Made by a program: the position numbers and the translations under genes. From Chrysomallon squamiferum (lineage: Eukaryota; Animalia; Mollusca): 64,000 nt of DNA. Where the stretch lies: contig CM022665.1 of assembly GCA_012295275.1 (NCBI GenBank), positions 7,874,001 to 7,938,000 on the forward strand, written 5' to 3'. The notes under the pieces are model-generated. The model was not told the DNA's origin. It made no database searches and saw nothing but the letters and a program-made list of their open reading frames with translations. Below are positions 11,990-27,128 of the stretch, piece after piece (positions within the stretch are counted from its first letter, which is position 1; every line of letters begins with the position of its first letter).

Positions 11990-13571
11990 AAACGAGTTTA
12001 TTTGGCCGTTTATTGCGATAATTGTGCAAACAAAATAATCGTCTCTGTCTAGGAGCACCAGGAATATCATGTTCAAGTAAGTTCAACAAGCTGACAGCCA
12101 TGTTTCACGTTCGGAGCTGAGTTGTTTGTCCGAAAATTAACCACGTGATAGGGCGTTACTAAATTTAGCAATGAGTTCAAGAAGTGTCACGTTGGTGCAC
12201 CTACAATTCGTACAAGCGCTATTATGATAGTTCGGCTCCCAGATAATATTAACTATTGTTATATACAGATTGTCCATACTAATTTATAGCAACTAAATAA
12301 TAATAATTTAAAGACTAACGATGATGTATTTCTAGTTTATGCTTGTAATAGTTTTAATCCATTTTTTGACCACATTATTAACTTGTACTAAAACCACCTA
12401 TAAAATCAGTCAAATTAAACTTCTTTGGCTAAAATTTAGCCTGAATTAAGTGTTTAAACTACTGTATACGTGTATTACATAAGTACATAAAGCCATATGA
12501 TAATTTCTAAGAAAGACAAGAGGAAAACATTAAATGTATGTGTGTACATGTGTCGTGTGTATGTGACATGTGAATGCACACTTGTGTTTATATATTTAAG
12601 TTACATGTTGCTCACAATTGTTTTGTTTTCTTCCACTGTAAATGATTGTAGAAACCAGTACTGACAGGTAGAAAAATAGATGAATAGATGGATCTCAGAA
12701 ATTAAAACAGCTGTGAAAAACAGAAATACCTTTTAAACAGTATAGCTATCTGCATATTATTATTATTTTTTTTTTTTTAAATTCTTTGCGAGGCAGCATA
12801 GACAGTATGTATATGTAATTATTTCTTAACTGTTTACATCACTTCCCCGCAAAGTAATTTCAGTAGTTAGGCTTGTATCTGTCACATTACTGTAATTATG
12901 TTATAATAATTACTATGTGAAATGCAGTTTCGTGTAAGTCTGCTGAGCAAATACATCATCAAAAGTTAATTGTTTATGATGCAAGACAACTGAGAAAACC
13001 TGAAAGAATATAAGCGAGAGAGAGAGAAAAATGTTTTATAAATGTTAACAATTTTAAAAAGACTGAAGTTGTTAATAAACAAATGTTTTTGTTATTGTTG
13101 TTGTTGTTCATGAATGTTGAGACAAACATGTATAAGTTAAGAATTGAAAGTAAAAAAGATGATTTAGATTTCAGTTATCAATTTTCTTTCCTTATACTTT
13201 AAATCATTTGTGTGAACATAACAGTTATTTTATACGAGTTAGCAAAGAGATGAAAGCGGGATTTCAAAAACGAAGGAATGTCATCCATTCTGGGGTTATT
13301 TCAAAGAAAAGACAGCCAAAAATGTACCACAAATATTTTTTCCCACTGGAGTTGGTGTTTTGTTTGGAGAAAGGTTTTTGTCGTTGTTTAAAGAGTTGGG
13401 GAAAAGGGGGTGTTTTTCCAACATTTATGTTCATTGTAAAAATAAGATAAAGTTTATTTTTAAACTCGAGAAAATCAGCCATGATTTGAAAACTAATTAT
13501 ATTTGAACATGGAAAATCTGTATAGCTATATATTAACTAGAGGCAAATTGGTCTGACTTCCTACTTTAGGT
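11990..13571 (+). promoter_or_regulatory. Candidate promoter / non-coding first-exon region of the long downstream gene
   Basis: Last part of the CpG-containing domain before prolonged CpG depletion; CACGTG near 12142, CTAAATTTAG near 12159, strong AG|GTAAGA at 13569/13570. Confidence 0.35.
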
Positions 13572-16500
13572 AAGAGAGTGCTGCTTTTCAGGACCCTGCC
13601 CCACCTCAAGCAAGACTTTAACTTGTCCTTCTTTTGGAACTTGTCTAAAAATAATAAAATAAAATAACCTTTATAGATAAGTGACAAAATACTACTTTTT
13701 ACTTCTGCCCAGGCAGTGGCAATGCTGGAGCTTGAAGTTTATATCTATAACAATTTCTCAGACAAGTGCACAGCCATATACAAAAAAAACATTTCTTACC
13801 AACAGAATATGGCAAGTAAAGAGGCTCAATACAAAAAAAACCCAGCCAATACGGATGTCTATGGCAAGTAGGATACTTCCTTTAATATATAAAGTAAGTT
13901 GATTTTGCCACAGATAAATATTAATTTATTTCTGTTCTCTATTTATAGTCATTAGTGTGTGAATGAATGAATCACGTACGTAACATACACAGTGTATTTT
14001 AAAATAATAATAATAACAAAAAACACAGAATTTGTTTTAGTTTTATTTGAAACAATGATGAAAACAAAAATAAATAAATAAACTAAATAAATCTTTAAAA
14101 GTTGACTGCAGTGTTTTCCTTGCAAAATTCTGTTAAGGGGAGGTAAATCCTGAAGGTGTATTACTATGTTTGCATTGTTGTGACTATTCCTTTTGACTAG
14201 TTCAGTGCGAATATTTATTTTGTATAAAACTTTATTTCTGTTTCCTGCTAAACATTAACGCATGCATTTGATTATATAATTATTTCGAAACAAATTTATT
14301 TTACTGAACAACGAAAGAAAGTAAATCAAATTTGTGTTCTGTTAGACATCCCTGTCTGATTACCTTGGAATTAGCATGTCTATGATTGTTATTAAAAAGA
14401 ATTATATGATATTAGGTATAACAGCCTTTCACTACTAATAAAATAATTTGTACTGTGTCAACATTCTTACTTAAATTTAAAATATCCAGTTATAAACATC
14501 TGAATCAGTTAAATGTGAAAACAATTTTTCTATTTCACTATGAATTGAAATGATAGAAATACTGTACTGAAATACTGCAGACTGGCATATTTGATGGTAA
14601 ATCGATTTAAACAACATTTCTGATAAGAGTAGTTTGATAGGATTATATCTGTCAGTTTGGTATTCTGTATAGCTAACTTAGTATCTCTTTTCCAAAATAT
14701 ACACATCCATGTTTATTTTCTTATCAGATTGCCAACATTCTATATAATATATTCACAATGGTATAATATTAAAACGTGGGACCCTTATAGCAATTTTCGT
14801 AAATTTAATAGAATGTGATTCAATATATTTTGGCAAACATCTCTTTATATAGAGGTGTAGATTAAATAAACACAGTTTTAAATAAAAGTTTATTAGAAAA
14901 CATAGAAAATTACTATTATTTTAATCAAAATTCATTTTTTATACTATCCTAACATTTTGCCACAAAATATGCATGAAAACTATTTGTGCTTGAGATTCCA
15001 GATTTGGAATATATATATATTTAGAAACAAACACTACAAAATGACACGTCTCCTTACCTGGATAGTGTATAATATAAATTTGATTATAAAAAGATAATCG
15101 CTTTAATCAGTTTGACTTTAGATAATATAAAATAATTTCTGATAACCAATATTTAACTTCACAACTTTTTTCTATTACATCAGTCTCATGGCAATATATA
15201 GCTTTTTTGTTTATGTGCCTTTATGAAATATTTGTTTGTTGCTTGGCTTTGCAGCAGAATCATTACATTGTGCTAATCATATAGCATTTAATCAGATGCA
15301 GGTGTATCTAGAACTACAAACTATAAGTCAATGCTATAAGTCAAAACGGTTAATTCATCACATTCTGTATGTACATATGAAAGTACTGGTTTAAAAAAAA
15401 CATATGGTGTAGGGAAGCATGAAAGTTCTGTGGTCTGGTATTTGTTGAAAACGATGGCTCAAAGACCACCATGCAGTTAAGTTATGTAGACCTACTGAGG
15501 TAGAATGTATGGCATGGAAAAACCAGCCTCAATTCTGATATCACCTTTCATAGATCTAAGTCCACCTGATTTCTCAAGTTTCAGTTTCACAGAATCTATC
15601 TTTTTTTGTGTGTGAATTATAATAAGTTACCAGAATAATTTATTTCATAGGTCTTTAATGATTATCCTCTATTTCAGCCAAAATTTGGTATCTGATTTTT
15701 TCAAACATACAGCACATATTTCTTTATAAGAACAATGAATAGAAAATTATATATTATTAATTACTAATAAAAGAAGACAAGATGGCACCAGTGGATTTAT
15801 TTTCAGCATTTTTAACCAAACAGTAAATTATTTCCCTTTCAGTTTTATTCTTTTACTCAGATTATGAGTGTTATGACATCCATTAAAATAAACATAAAAT
15901 TATTCTACAGTTGTTAATGGAAGTATTAATTAAAAATAAGATTATTTAGAAAGCCATGTAAATCATATTTCAAACTAAATTTGGCAAACAGAATTGCTGA
16001 GTCTTTTGATTTATTTTGTCACTCCATTATTCATGAATCAAGTATTTGTATCAATTCAGAAACTTTGGAAATATCTTTTTTAATATTGTTTCCTGAGTAC
16101 TTTCCAGTATTTTTGTTTAGTTTATTTTCCACCACCAGTTTTATAGAAAAAAATAGACAAATCATTGCCAATTCTTTTGTGAAAGTTAAAAAAAACAAAT
16201 CTCACAAAGAAACTTCCACAGCTAACTGCTTGGTCAGAGGTCTGTTTAACAAGTATACTGTATAAAAAAGGAGAAATAAGGAAATTTAATTATTTGGTAC
16301 ATAAACAACACTGATAATGAATTTGTCTTACAGTAAGTTCCCAGTAAGGTGTCTGAACTGTGAGGTATATGTCAACTGTAAGGTAGTAAATTCTATTTTA
16401 TCTCCCTCACTGAAGAGGGTCCAGGGGAGGACAACTCCTCATATGCCACTAGTGATTAACATAGCAAACAACAAATAAGAAAATGCCCAGTAGATAATAA

Positions 16501-17477
16501 GGTGATGAGGAGATGTGTCAAGCTATACAGAGCTCTTCATAGGGTTTTATTACTCATTTACACATTAACTAGCCTACCATTTGATAATTTGATACAAACC
16601 AAAGTTCGGAGAAATGTTTGCTGTTATGTAACAAACTACTCCAAATAAAATCTCTGGTTCAAATCTTTAATTTGTCAGTAAGTGTCTACTAAAATTATTT
16701 TTCATTACATCAGTGTATTTAAATTAAATGAAACAAGCAACAACGGGGTAATTTTATTTTTTATTAAGTGAAGGAAAAAATAGAAAAGAAAATGACTTGA
16801 AAAAATATTCATAATGATATACTGAAGAATTACCAATAGCTATATGTTAATTTTATCTTCATATTTTAGAAGAAGAATTTGTATAAAATAAAATAAAAAC
16901 ATGCTTACAGTGCAAATAAAAGTGCACACAGAAAGACTACTTGTTCTGTGTAGGTGGGATGAAAATCAAATATGAGATACGAACTAGTGGTGCTAATCAT
17001 CAGGATGGGACCAAAACATACATCAGATAAAAAATGGACAGATGTGTCAGTGTGTATCTGCAACTGATGAAGTGTATTTACAGAAATAACAACTTTATAG
17101 ATATGTTAACTTGTGGATGTGCCAGTTCAGAGTTTATTTACTGTTTGAGTTATGGAAGGTCCACATTCTTTAAGCCAATCCTTTTAATAAAATCTTATAA
17201 TTACAAGTCTTAACTGATAGGATGTAGGTATGCCGTCATATTAATGACCATTACTGATTCAGGGTTGCTTTAAAAATAAGTATTATCTAAACATTGCCAT
17301 TTACATTTTAACATACTCATTACAATTAAACAAAATTAATTATAATAATTTTTAAACATTTCTTAAACTGAAAATATTTTGTAATGTCTAAAGCTTTGAA
17401 CATAAACAAATTATTTGGAAACAAAGTGACATTCTAACTCAGTAACTGATTCCTAAGTTTCAAATCTAAACTTACCA

Positions 17478-17583
17478 CCTGTGAGAAACATATAGAAGAA
17501 CTCTTGCTGCTTGTCATGTAGAAGCTGCCCATCATGTTGTGACAACAGATTCAGAGGTGTCTTTAAATAAATAAAAACTTTTC
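17478..17583 (+). mobile_element. Degenerate SINE fragment (Meta-type core and 3' tail)
   Basis: catatagaagaactcttgctgct...gcccat...gtgtctttaaataaa aligns with the copies at 41806 and 30590 (reverse). Confidence 0.6.
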
Positions 17584-18300
17584 AACCTTAGTAGTATTTC
17601 TCAACTTATAACTTAACATTCTCAAAAGGGGCCACAGAGTGAATTATGTGAGAAGAGGATTTTTTTGTCTGTTCATTTTGTATCCTTGTTTGACAGAGGG
17701 CCTTGGAACCAGTGAAGAGCTTCTAAAAGAGCTGTAGCCACTAAAAAGACTGTCATGACCAAAAGTAATTTAAACTCAAGATTTACTACTGCAGTAGAAA
17801 AACTAAAATATTACGCAGTGCCACATAACAAAAGTGAAGACAAATATTTATAAAACCAAAAATAAAACTGCATGATAAACATTCTCCTAGTGAAAACAAT
17901 TCTTATTCTTTTTTTGCTCTTTTTTTCCCCCCCAACAACTAAAAAGTAAACTTTTAATCATTTCTTCAGACTGAAAAATAATTGTGAATAAACACAAGAG
18001 ATAATGAGAAAACAGTCTCAAGGAAATTACTTCTGAACAGAATAGTCATTGTGGATGAAATTACTGTCTGTGACTTTAATGTCAAGGGTTTTATTGTTAT
18101 GGGTCATAATATTTATGATATCTGAAGAATATTTTACAAGTGAAAAACATTCATCAGTCTCTATATGAAATAAAAATGGAACTATCTAATAAACTATTGC
18201 TAACTAGACATCATTAAGCTTACTGGTTTCAATAAAGACTGTTTTATTAGATGTAACAAGTAATAAAGGAAATAACCAGCTAAAAAAAATTTCATTTCAA

Positions 18301-18342
<42 letters not shown>

Positions 18343-19445
18343 CACTCACAAAAAAAAAAATGTGTATAAATGATTGATCAGATAAATTATTATTGCTATA
18401 TGTTGAAGAAGCTGGAAGAAGATGTAAATGTTTAAATAATAAATTCTTTTTTTCTTTTGTTTAACCTGCAGCTATTCTTTATTGTTATTTATTACAATAC
18501 TCTGGCTGTGGTCTGCAGTTTTGTAAAAATATGATAATAATAAATATTAACTAAATAATAACAATCTGTGTCAAGAAACAACAAACATTTCTAACTAAGC
18601 TGGAGTACAAACTCTTTTATTTTCTATAACAAAAAATTGTTCAGTTTCTTTGCTACATTAATCATAGAAATGAGCATAACACCAAGTCAAAATTGCCTGC
18701 AAAAGATAACCAAAACAAAATGTCTCAGACAAATAAATTTTATTTTGGATGTACATTTTGTTTTTTGTTTTTTTTATCTCAGACATTTCAATACAAAAAT
18801 CAATCAGTAAGATACAATAACTCAGTTAAGCCTAAAATTAACTAATATGATTTATTTCTAGATAAAACAATTTTTTAATTTTTTTTAGTAACATTAATAT
18901 AATTTTAACCAAAACATTTTATTGCTAGTCCTTTGAAATGTTTGTTAACTCAGTAAAGGCAAAAAAAAAAAAAATTAATCAATTTTAATTTGTTGCTTAG
19001 ACAACAATTGTAACTAATTAAAGGATTGAAATGACATAAAAAAAATCTAGCTATATCTTCCTGTGTTATCCATCACAATCAATCCATGCATGAAACACAA
19101 ATACTTAATTCAAGTCAATTTTATGATTACTTCTTGATGCAGAGCAATAAAAACTAAATTGAATCTACTGCACTTTCACAGTGGGTTTAAAAAAAAAAAA
19201 AAAAATCAATTTGATTCTCCTTCCATTACGAATTAAATGAAACTTTTTTCTTGCAAAAAAAAAAACAAGAGGCGACCATGAAGAGCCACATTTCTGCCAA
19301 TGGATAAGAACATTTACCAAAGAGGCAGCAATGGTAGAGATCAATAAAACATAGAAGGATTGAGATATTACACAAGGGAAGCACTATGTACTGAGAACTA
19401 GACAAATTTGTCAGTTTTCATAGAAAATGATGGAACATCTCTGAG

Positions 19446-19571
19446 GTCATGCTTTTGTCAGTTTGGGGCACTTTTTCGGTGCCACTTTGTTAGTTAGTGG
19501 TACATTAAATCTGGCTAACTCTGTAGACAGTTTGATCAGAAAAGAATCAATTCCTGACTCTCTGATTACAC
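19446..19571 (-). other. Candidate terminal exon of an antisense transcript
   Basis: Minus-strand attttcag| acceptor and a GC-richer block; phase 1 reads LCNQRVRN*, phase 0 reads CVIRESGIDSFLIKLSTELARFNVPLTNKVAPKKCPKLTKA*. Confidence 0.3.
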
Positions 19572-21793
19572 ACTGAAAATAATTTTATGTTAAGTGCCTT
19601 TTCTGAAAGTTGATATTACACATTAAAAATCACAATGCAGTTGCTGTTTGCTCAACTCAGAAATTTGAAACTAAAATTGATGAAATTTATCATTTAGTTG
19701 TGATTATATACTCATTTATATCCAGACTGGCTTAGAAACCATTGTCATAAAATTATAACAACTTAAAGATTCATCGATAAAATATTAAATTAGTTTAATC
19801 TAATGTTTATTCCATTAAATTTCAAACTGTTCAGTTTGTTACACATTATTCATTCAGTTAGCTGGGGGGAGGGTATTGTTGTGTTTTCAGCCGTAATCCT
19901 TACTAATATGTTTATTTATGTAATATGACTGAGTTATCAGTGACACAAAAGTTATCAATAGATCAACATCAATTTCACGAATACATAAATGTTTTTAAAA
20001 AAAACACTACAGTTTTATTTTGAAAACATTAAGCAATGTAAAATTTATTTTCATGCTTATACATTTTTACAATCATCATTTAAGTTGGTCAAAAAAAATG
20101 ATGATGATGATGATGGTTACTTTTTAAGATGCTTTCTGAAATATTCCTACAGTAAATTTAAATTTTCATTATATGTTTTAATTTTTAATTTTTTTTTAAT
20201 TCTTTCTTTTACAAGAATACATATGAGAAACGCTGACACAAGAACAATTTAATCTGCAGTACATATCAGACAGTGGTATAAAAAAAATAATAACTGAATT
20301 TGTAGTTAAAACCAATCTTCTGTTGTTGTATTCAAGGTTGACACTGGTGGTAGAAAATCTATAATACTGAATACAGAAATAATTTTCTTTATAATAATTT
20401 AAAACAATTGCTAACATCAGTGTTAATCTCCAGACTGAACAAAGTGATGAATGTTCAAAAATAAATATATCAGCAGCCACAGATTATCTTTCAATTTACA
20501 AGAATTTAACATCCACTTTATCTTGCTTGATTAATTGGGTATCATGTTGCTCTTAGCCTTTCTTTACAAGTCTTCTATTCTTAATCAAAAAAAAGTTGTC
20601 ATCTTAGTTTTCATAGAACAAATACCGAGAAACATGGTAACAGATTTTACTAATATGTCTACACATATGACATTATTTGTATGCATAAATATGTACAGAA
20701 GATAAATGTTTAGTCAAATTTACAGTTTTTGTTTCAAATTATTTGCATTAAAAAGTTAGATTCAGTGTTCTGGAAAAAGGGATCACTGTCACCATGAAAG
20801 ATATAACTTTCATAAACAAATACATTTCCTTGTCAAGAAGAAAATATTTGGTCTGGAAGAAATAGGTACATAAATCTCAGATTTATGAAATGTTTGGAAA
20901 ATACTCCTGTAACATCTTTTAAAACCATAATGGCATCATTTTTAAAATAATAATATAAATTTTATGTCTGTACGTGACCTTACACAGTCAGTCTTCTTAA
21001 TGAATAGTAAACGTTCTATAAATTCTGCTTATTGCTTATAAGGTAAGATGAAAAAAAAAATGCAATTTCACATCTTTTTAAGTCACTTCTGTTACCGTGT
21101 CAGATATAGGGAACAAACAATATTTCAGAAGTGACAAAGAAAACAATCTAATTGACAAAACATTTCCTTAAAAAATGTGTGGTATTCAGCTCATCAATTG
21201 TGTTTTTAAATTAAAAACTAACAATAATTAAACTGCAAAACTTTTAATTTCTCTAAATCTCTAAAGCTGAATATTTTTGTTACTCAGTCACAAAACAAAT
21301 TTAATCAGCTTTATTTTTAATCCCATTTCAGATATTTTATATTTCCTATCAATATGTATCATTTAAATAGTTTCCATGCCAATCAGTCATTATATTTTAA
21401 ACAAGAAGTTTTCTTCTTCAACATTGAGCAAGATGTCTTTTACATTAACAATTCTCCAGATAAAAGTTTTTCAAATACAAATTCTACCAACAAGACCAGA
21501 ACATACCAGTGAAAAAGTTAAGCCATATGATGAGATTTTTATCAGAGATTATTTGTAGTACTTTCTATATTAAGAACTGACGTATACACATTTACACACA
21601 CAGTCACACACACAGGAATACTAGTATACTGTATAATAATATATGAAAATGTGCATACATATATACAAATATATATATAGTTATACATAAAATACATATA
21701 CATATACATAAACATACAAACATGCATATACTTACATACTTACCTACAGAAAGACAGACAAACAGACATGTATACAGACAGTGGAAGACCTAC

Positions 21794-21911
21794 ATATTGA
21801 AGGCCATTCAAAATCAGCAATGAGGTCTGAGTAACCACTTTTATCTTCTTCAAAGGGCTTGTTCCATGACATATCACCATCACTTTTTGGTATTGTATCC
21901 ACCCACACACC
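21794..21911 (-). CDS. Candidate coding exon on the minus strand, product unknown
   Basis: Strong poly-T-ag acceptor and |gtaggt donor; reads GVWVDTIPKSDGDMSWNKPFEEDKSGYSDLIADFEWPSI with G-rich first and A/T-rich third codon positions. Confidence 0.5.
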
Positions 21912-21924
21912 CTAAAAAAAAATA

Positions 21925-22024
21925 TTTTTTGATTATTTGTTATAAACTTTTTTTGATTATTTGTTATAAACTTTTTTTGATTATTTTTTATAAACTTTTT
22001 AAAATGATTTTTTATAAACTTTTT
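21925..22024. repeat. 24-bp tandem repeat, about 4 copies
   Basis: Unit tttttgattatttgttataaactt; it explains the KFITNNQK repeats in ORF 21740..22105. Confidence 0.9.
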
Positions 22025-22139
22025 ACATGCACTAAAAGATAAATGGGTAAATACAGCAAAGAGAAGCAAACAATTCTTCAACATTTCAAGCGATAATACA
22101 TACAATAAAAAAAAAAATCACTCTTTATATTAATAATAA

Positions 22140-23140
22140 CCATGGGGGTGCGGGAGGGAATCTTTCCCGTTTGTTTTTATTTCACCCACAGCTTCTTTCA
22201 TTTGGATTTAAGGGCCCTGATAACATACATCCATCCCTGTACACACACAAACATAGATAACTGGACTTATTAATATACCCAATGCAATGCTCATCAATTA
22301 ACTTTGACAATTGCTAACTGAAATGTGAACAATGCACACATCCCTTTATCTAATTCAGTTCTGCACTATCACCAACATTACATGTTCTCACACATCAGTT
22401 TTAATTAGAAAAGCACCAAGTAAAATCTGTTCATCTTTAATTACACTATTATTACACGATGTTGGTTGATAAATGTTGTTTTTTTTTAACTTCAGTCATT
22501 TTACCAATAACTGTCTTTAAAAAATAAACGTGTCTTTTATTAAAAACATCTTTATTTCTTTTTAAAAATGCATACTAGACAATACACCATCACGTTATCG
22601 TTATGTATTACAATTAATTTTAGATCATCATAAAACTTTTATTTTAAAATTCAAATCTACCAATTATTCCAACTATGTTTTTACAGTTCTACAAATGGAA
22701 GCGAGAAAAACGAGAAAAACAATTTCATTCATAACACTGTCTATGCTCGTCCTGTGCAGTAGCCGTGGTCTAATTTTGGTGGAACGTGAAACCTAAGAAC
22801 AGAAGCAAGGGGTGCTGTGGCATCAAAACTATCGTAGTGGAAGTCAAAATTAACCGAGTGTGGAGCTCTTCTCACCACTGCTACTGTATGTCAAGGTGAA
22901 CACAGGAACCAGTCTAATCAATTTTGGCAAATTTCAAAACACATAGTACCAATGTAATCTCAGTGCCAATTTATCATTCTGCTTTCAAAACTGCTATCAG
23001 AGTTACTTCATTCTAGTTAAGCAGACGATTGTAGCAAAAACTGTAGCTAAAGAAATATAAATGTATTTTTAATACATATTATTTTGATTCCACCAAAGAC
23101 GCAATTTGTTTGAGGAATACAGAGGCAAAGAATTTGAGGT
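22140..23140 (+). promoter_or_regulatory. Local CpG-retaining island; candidate alternative or bidirectional promoter and non-coding exon
   Basis: Cluster of CpGs inside CpG-depleted DNA; ends in a GAG|GTAAAT donor at 23138/23139. Confidence 0.4.
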
Positions 23141-25003
23141 AAATATTTTTAAACATGTATTTTTGTAAGAAAGACATTTTTTTACTGTTTCTGCAAATAG
23201 TGATTATATGTTATTTCTTCTTTTTTTTTTAAAAACACTCAGGAATGTAACTTACTATACAGTGTGTTAAATGCAGAATACTGTTATATTGAAAGTTGTT
23301 CTCTATTTACATTGATTTTGCCATTATGTTATATATTATTATTTAAGTTTAACTACATGTATTTTTTACCTCTTTGTATTAACTGTTCTAACACCCAATA
23401 GACAGATAAACAATTTTTTTATTTTTTTTTTAATTGTTTGTTTATTATCTCCTCTAATAATTTTATACAAAAAGATGTATGTACTCTATATTTCTTTGGC
23501 TAAAACCATATCAGACAGTTTCGTATGTCATAACTTATTCCTGTTTAACTAGCATAACATCAAAGAACAGTTAATTTTGTTGCTTTGCAGGAATCTTTTT
23601 TTACTCAATTTTTAAAGATTTGTTAACAGTTTTAATATAATTTTAATTCTAGTAAATATTTTCAGAACAAGATAATTCTTAACTCAAGCATTTTATTTAA
23701 AGGATTCAGAAAGTGTATTGTAAAATACAAATGCTGAATATAAATCATTGCACTACTAATACACTGAGGTGTTAGGATTGCTGAATACATTACATGAACA
23801 GCAAAACCTGTGTCAGTGCACACTGATGTCATCATATTTTATTTATTAACATTATGAATACTGTTTTAAAAATTAGCATTATAAATCAAAGTATGTTGCA
23901 CATATTGTTCCAAAGACATAATTGTAGGTGAAAATACTGAACTGAAAAAAGTATTTATTCATCACTGGACAGTCACTGTCAGACTGTTTCTTTTGCCTTT
24001 GTTCTCCAGAACAGAAACTTTATTAACTATATTAACTTTTTTATTATTATTTAATTTTTTTATTTATTTAATTTTTTCCTTTTTTTTAAAGCAGAATCTG
24101 TAAAACTAGTATCAGAAAAACGTAACAGCATAAAATGCAAAATGTTCCTTTCAATATCTATCTAACCTACTAATCTTAATAATCTAAATGATTTGGCAGT
24201 TGCATTGCACCTTAGTAAAATAATATATGATATTTAGTATCTTTAAAAAATTGTTAATGTATGATATTACTATTGGGTTCTGATGCTACTAGATTCTTAG
24301 ATCCACTTAATGTTAAGAGGGTATTATGAATGAATGAGACACATATTTGACCTGAGTTTGATATATCAAGTAAAAATGTTCAGGCTTATATTTTATACAT
24401 AAAATGGTTCTTTAGATTTACAAACATTAACTGATAAATGAACTACTGACAAGTTTTTCTTCTTCTTCTTCTTTTTTTTCTCATTTAGATTAATTTAATA
24501 ATAAAATATATTTTAATATCTATGCATAAGACTGAAATATTTTATCAGCAAGCATTACATCTTACATTTAGTTACCACCTGATTAAGCCATGTTCTGATA
24601 TCAGTGTTTACAACATTTAATTTTTCTTATTTTTAAAACTATAAGATATCTCTGACTCACATCCTCAAAAATAAACCAGATACATCAATGTAGGAATCAG
24701 AACAAGTTGCAGTCTTGCTATTTTCCTGTATCTCTCATGTCAGTGACCTGACCACTGTATAAGGTCCATTCATAACACCCTCAGTTATCACAGCAATTAA
24801 CCCATGTGGTGAGGCAGCTGATTGCAGAACTCACATAACAGCGTCTGTGTTATACCACAAAACAGGTGCCAGTCCAACACACAGATATATATATATATAA
24901 ATGAGATAGTGTATTAGAATGTGGTACTTAACTATCAAACTAACACCACAAGATGTTACTACTGCATATCAAAACTGATATTTATACAGACTTTTATAGA
25001 TAT

Positions 25004-25045
<42 letters not shown>

Positions 25046-26987
25046 GCAGACTTTAAAACCTGCTCCTGCAGAAGACTGTTTGAACTATAAAGACATAAAT
25101 GTTATATTTATATTCCTTTTTTAATTAATTTTTAGTTAAATGATAAAATATAAATAGCCTGTTGTTCTTAATTACATTATATATGAGATTAAAACTTATA
25201 AGATGCATGATTAATCTTAAATAATTATAAACTATATATTAATCCTGTTTCATCATCATTTTTTTTTTCTTAGTCACACTGATATTTTCATTTAGATTTT
25301 GTTTGTAAATGTTGGTTTGTATAGTATAATTATATGTTTAAGTACATAAGTTGTATCTGTGTCTCTTTACAACAACTACAGAATTAGTTAGCCAACCATT
25401 TTGAAAAAAGCCTATATACATTGAAAATTATTCTAAATAAACCATAATACATCCATTAAATAATCTGATATTGATGAATCCATCTACCTTTTCATCAGTC
25501 CATCCATAACTGTATCAATCTGTATACTTGATAAAAAATAAAAACTTTAAATAAGTATTACATGGTTTCAGTGAAATTCCAGAGTTCCACTGATAACAGT
25601 AACAAATACATGTACCAGATTTAATTTCATTCTGGGAATACAGCAATAAACACAAGGTGATCATTTTCATTTTACGATGCCCTTCTAGACCTTTTATTCT
25701 GATTGACACACTCAGACCCTCAAATCCCTGCTTGTGATTCTCAGCAGCATGAACCATATTGGACAAAGTCAATTGTCCATGTAATTCCTGGCATTAGAGA
25801 GATCCAGTGTAACACATGTTGCTGGGTCTAGCCAGACAGCTGATGGATGCAAATGTTAATTGATGATCTACTGAATTGCCAATAAAAGATCACAAATTGC
25901 ACAACCATTGCAGAAAGATGAAACATAAAATAATTTAGTATCAGTTGTAAATTCCTTATACAGCCATAGAAATTGTTAAAAGGGTGAAGTCTGTTTATAC
26001 TTATTATCATTTATTAATGAAAATTTTAGAAATGTTTCAAATAAAATTTATTAAATAATGTGATATGTGTGTTGTTTGTGAGTGTGTGTGTGTGTGTGTG
26101 TGTACGTATGTATGTATGTATGCATGTGTGTGTGTATGTGTTTACATTCAGTCTAACACTATAACATCTCTATTAAACTATAATAATTCAAGCCATTGGG
26201 CAAAAATTAACAAAATATTTTGTTTGTCTTTGATGCATCCAACCACATATACATATATAGATTTTAAAAAGCCATGCTTTGCAAAACAAAACACCAAATG
26301 AACCACAAGTTTAATAGCATCTTGTTTTTATTATCAGTAGATATAACAAACTGATTTACAAAACATTCTTATCACATAACTGGGTACATTATATTATGAA
26401 CATGTCTGGGATGTGTTTTACCATTATGAATCATCAAGCAGATTGTCAGTATTTGCTTGAACATACCAGTGCTTTGACATCTTATATTTAATTTAATGGT
26501 AAAAAAAATAATCTTAAAAAAACCCATAATATAATAATAATTTTTTTTACAAAATTGATGTGTCAATAATATATTTTATAGAATCTTTTCTGCTAAGATA
26601 TCAGCTCCTAGAGCTACAGTTCAACACCAGGATCCATTATCACTGATAAGATGGCTATGTTTCCTCAAACTAAAATAAATGTTTGGAGAACAAATACAAA
26701 GTAGTATACTCTAGACAGACACATTTTTCAAAGTTTATACTCAGACATTGTTTCTTTACATCTCTCTTGACTCCATCTCTTTTTAATTCTTTCTCTCTTT
26801 CTCTTTCATCTTGTCTCTCTTTCTTTCTTTTTCTCCATGTGTACTTCCTTGTCTCAACTGAATATAGTTTACCTGTAAATGCTGGAAGAAGAAACATTAA
26901 TTGATACATTCCATATGTGCTTGAATTCTATAGTTCAAACTAAAACAGTAATCTTTTTTCTCTTTCTCTGTCCATATATGTTTCTTT

Positions 26988-27128
26988 ATGTATGCTGTAT
27001 GCATGCATGCATGTATGTATGTATGTATATGCATGCATGCATGTATGTATGTATGTATGCATGTATGTATGTATGTATGTATGTATGTATTTATGAATGT
27101 ATGTATGTATGTATGTATGTATGTATGT
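26988..27128. repeat. (TGTA)n/(TGCA)n microsatellite
   Basis: Directly visible; explains the MYVC/HTYI ORFs. Confidence 0.95.

Noticed and set aside
15496-15517. let-7-like start TGAGGTAG
   Set aside because: Similarity is limited to the seed region and there is no pre-miRNA-sized hairpin.
21794-21910. Alternative frame resembling a FERM-C/PH-like terminal helix (LKKIKVVTQTSLLILNGLQY-CV)
   Set aside because: G-rich third positions indicate a shifted frame, no convincing upstream domain exons were found, and the resemblance is superficial.
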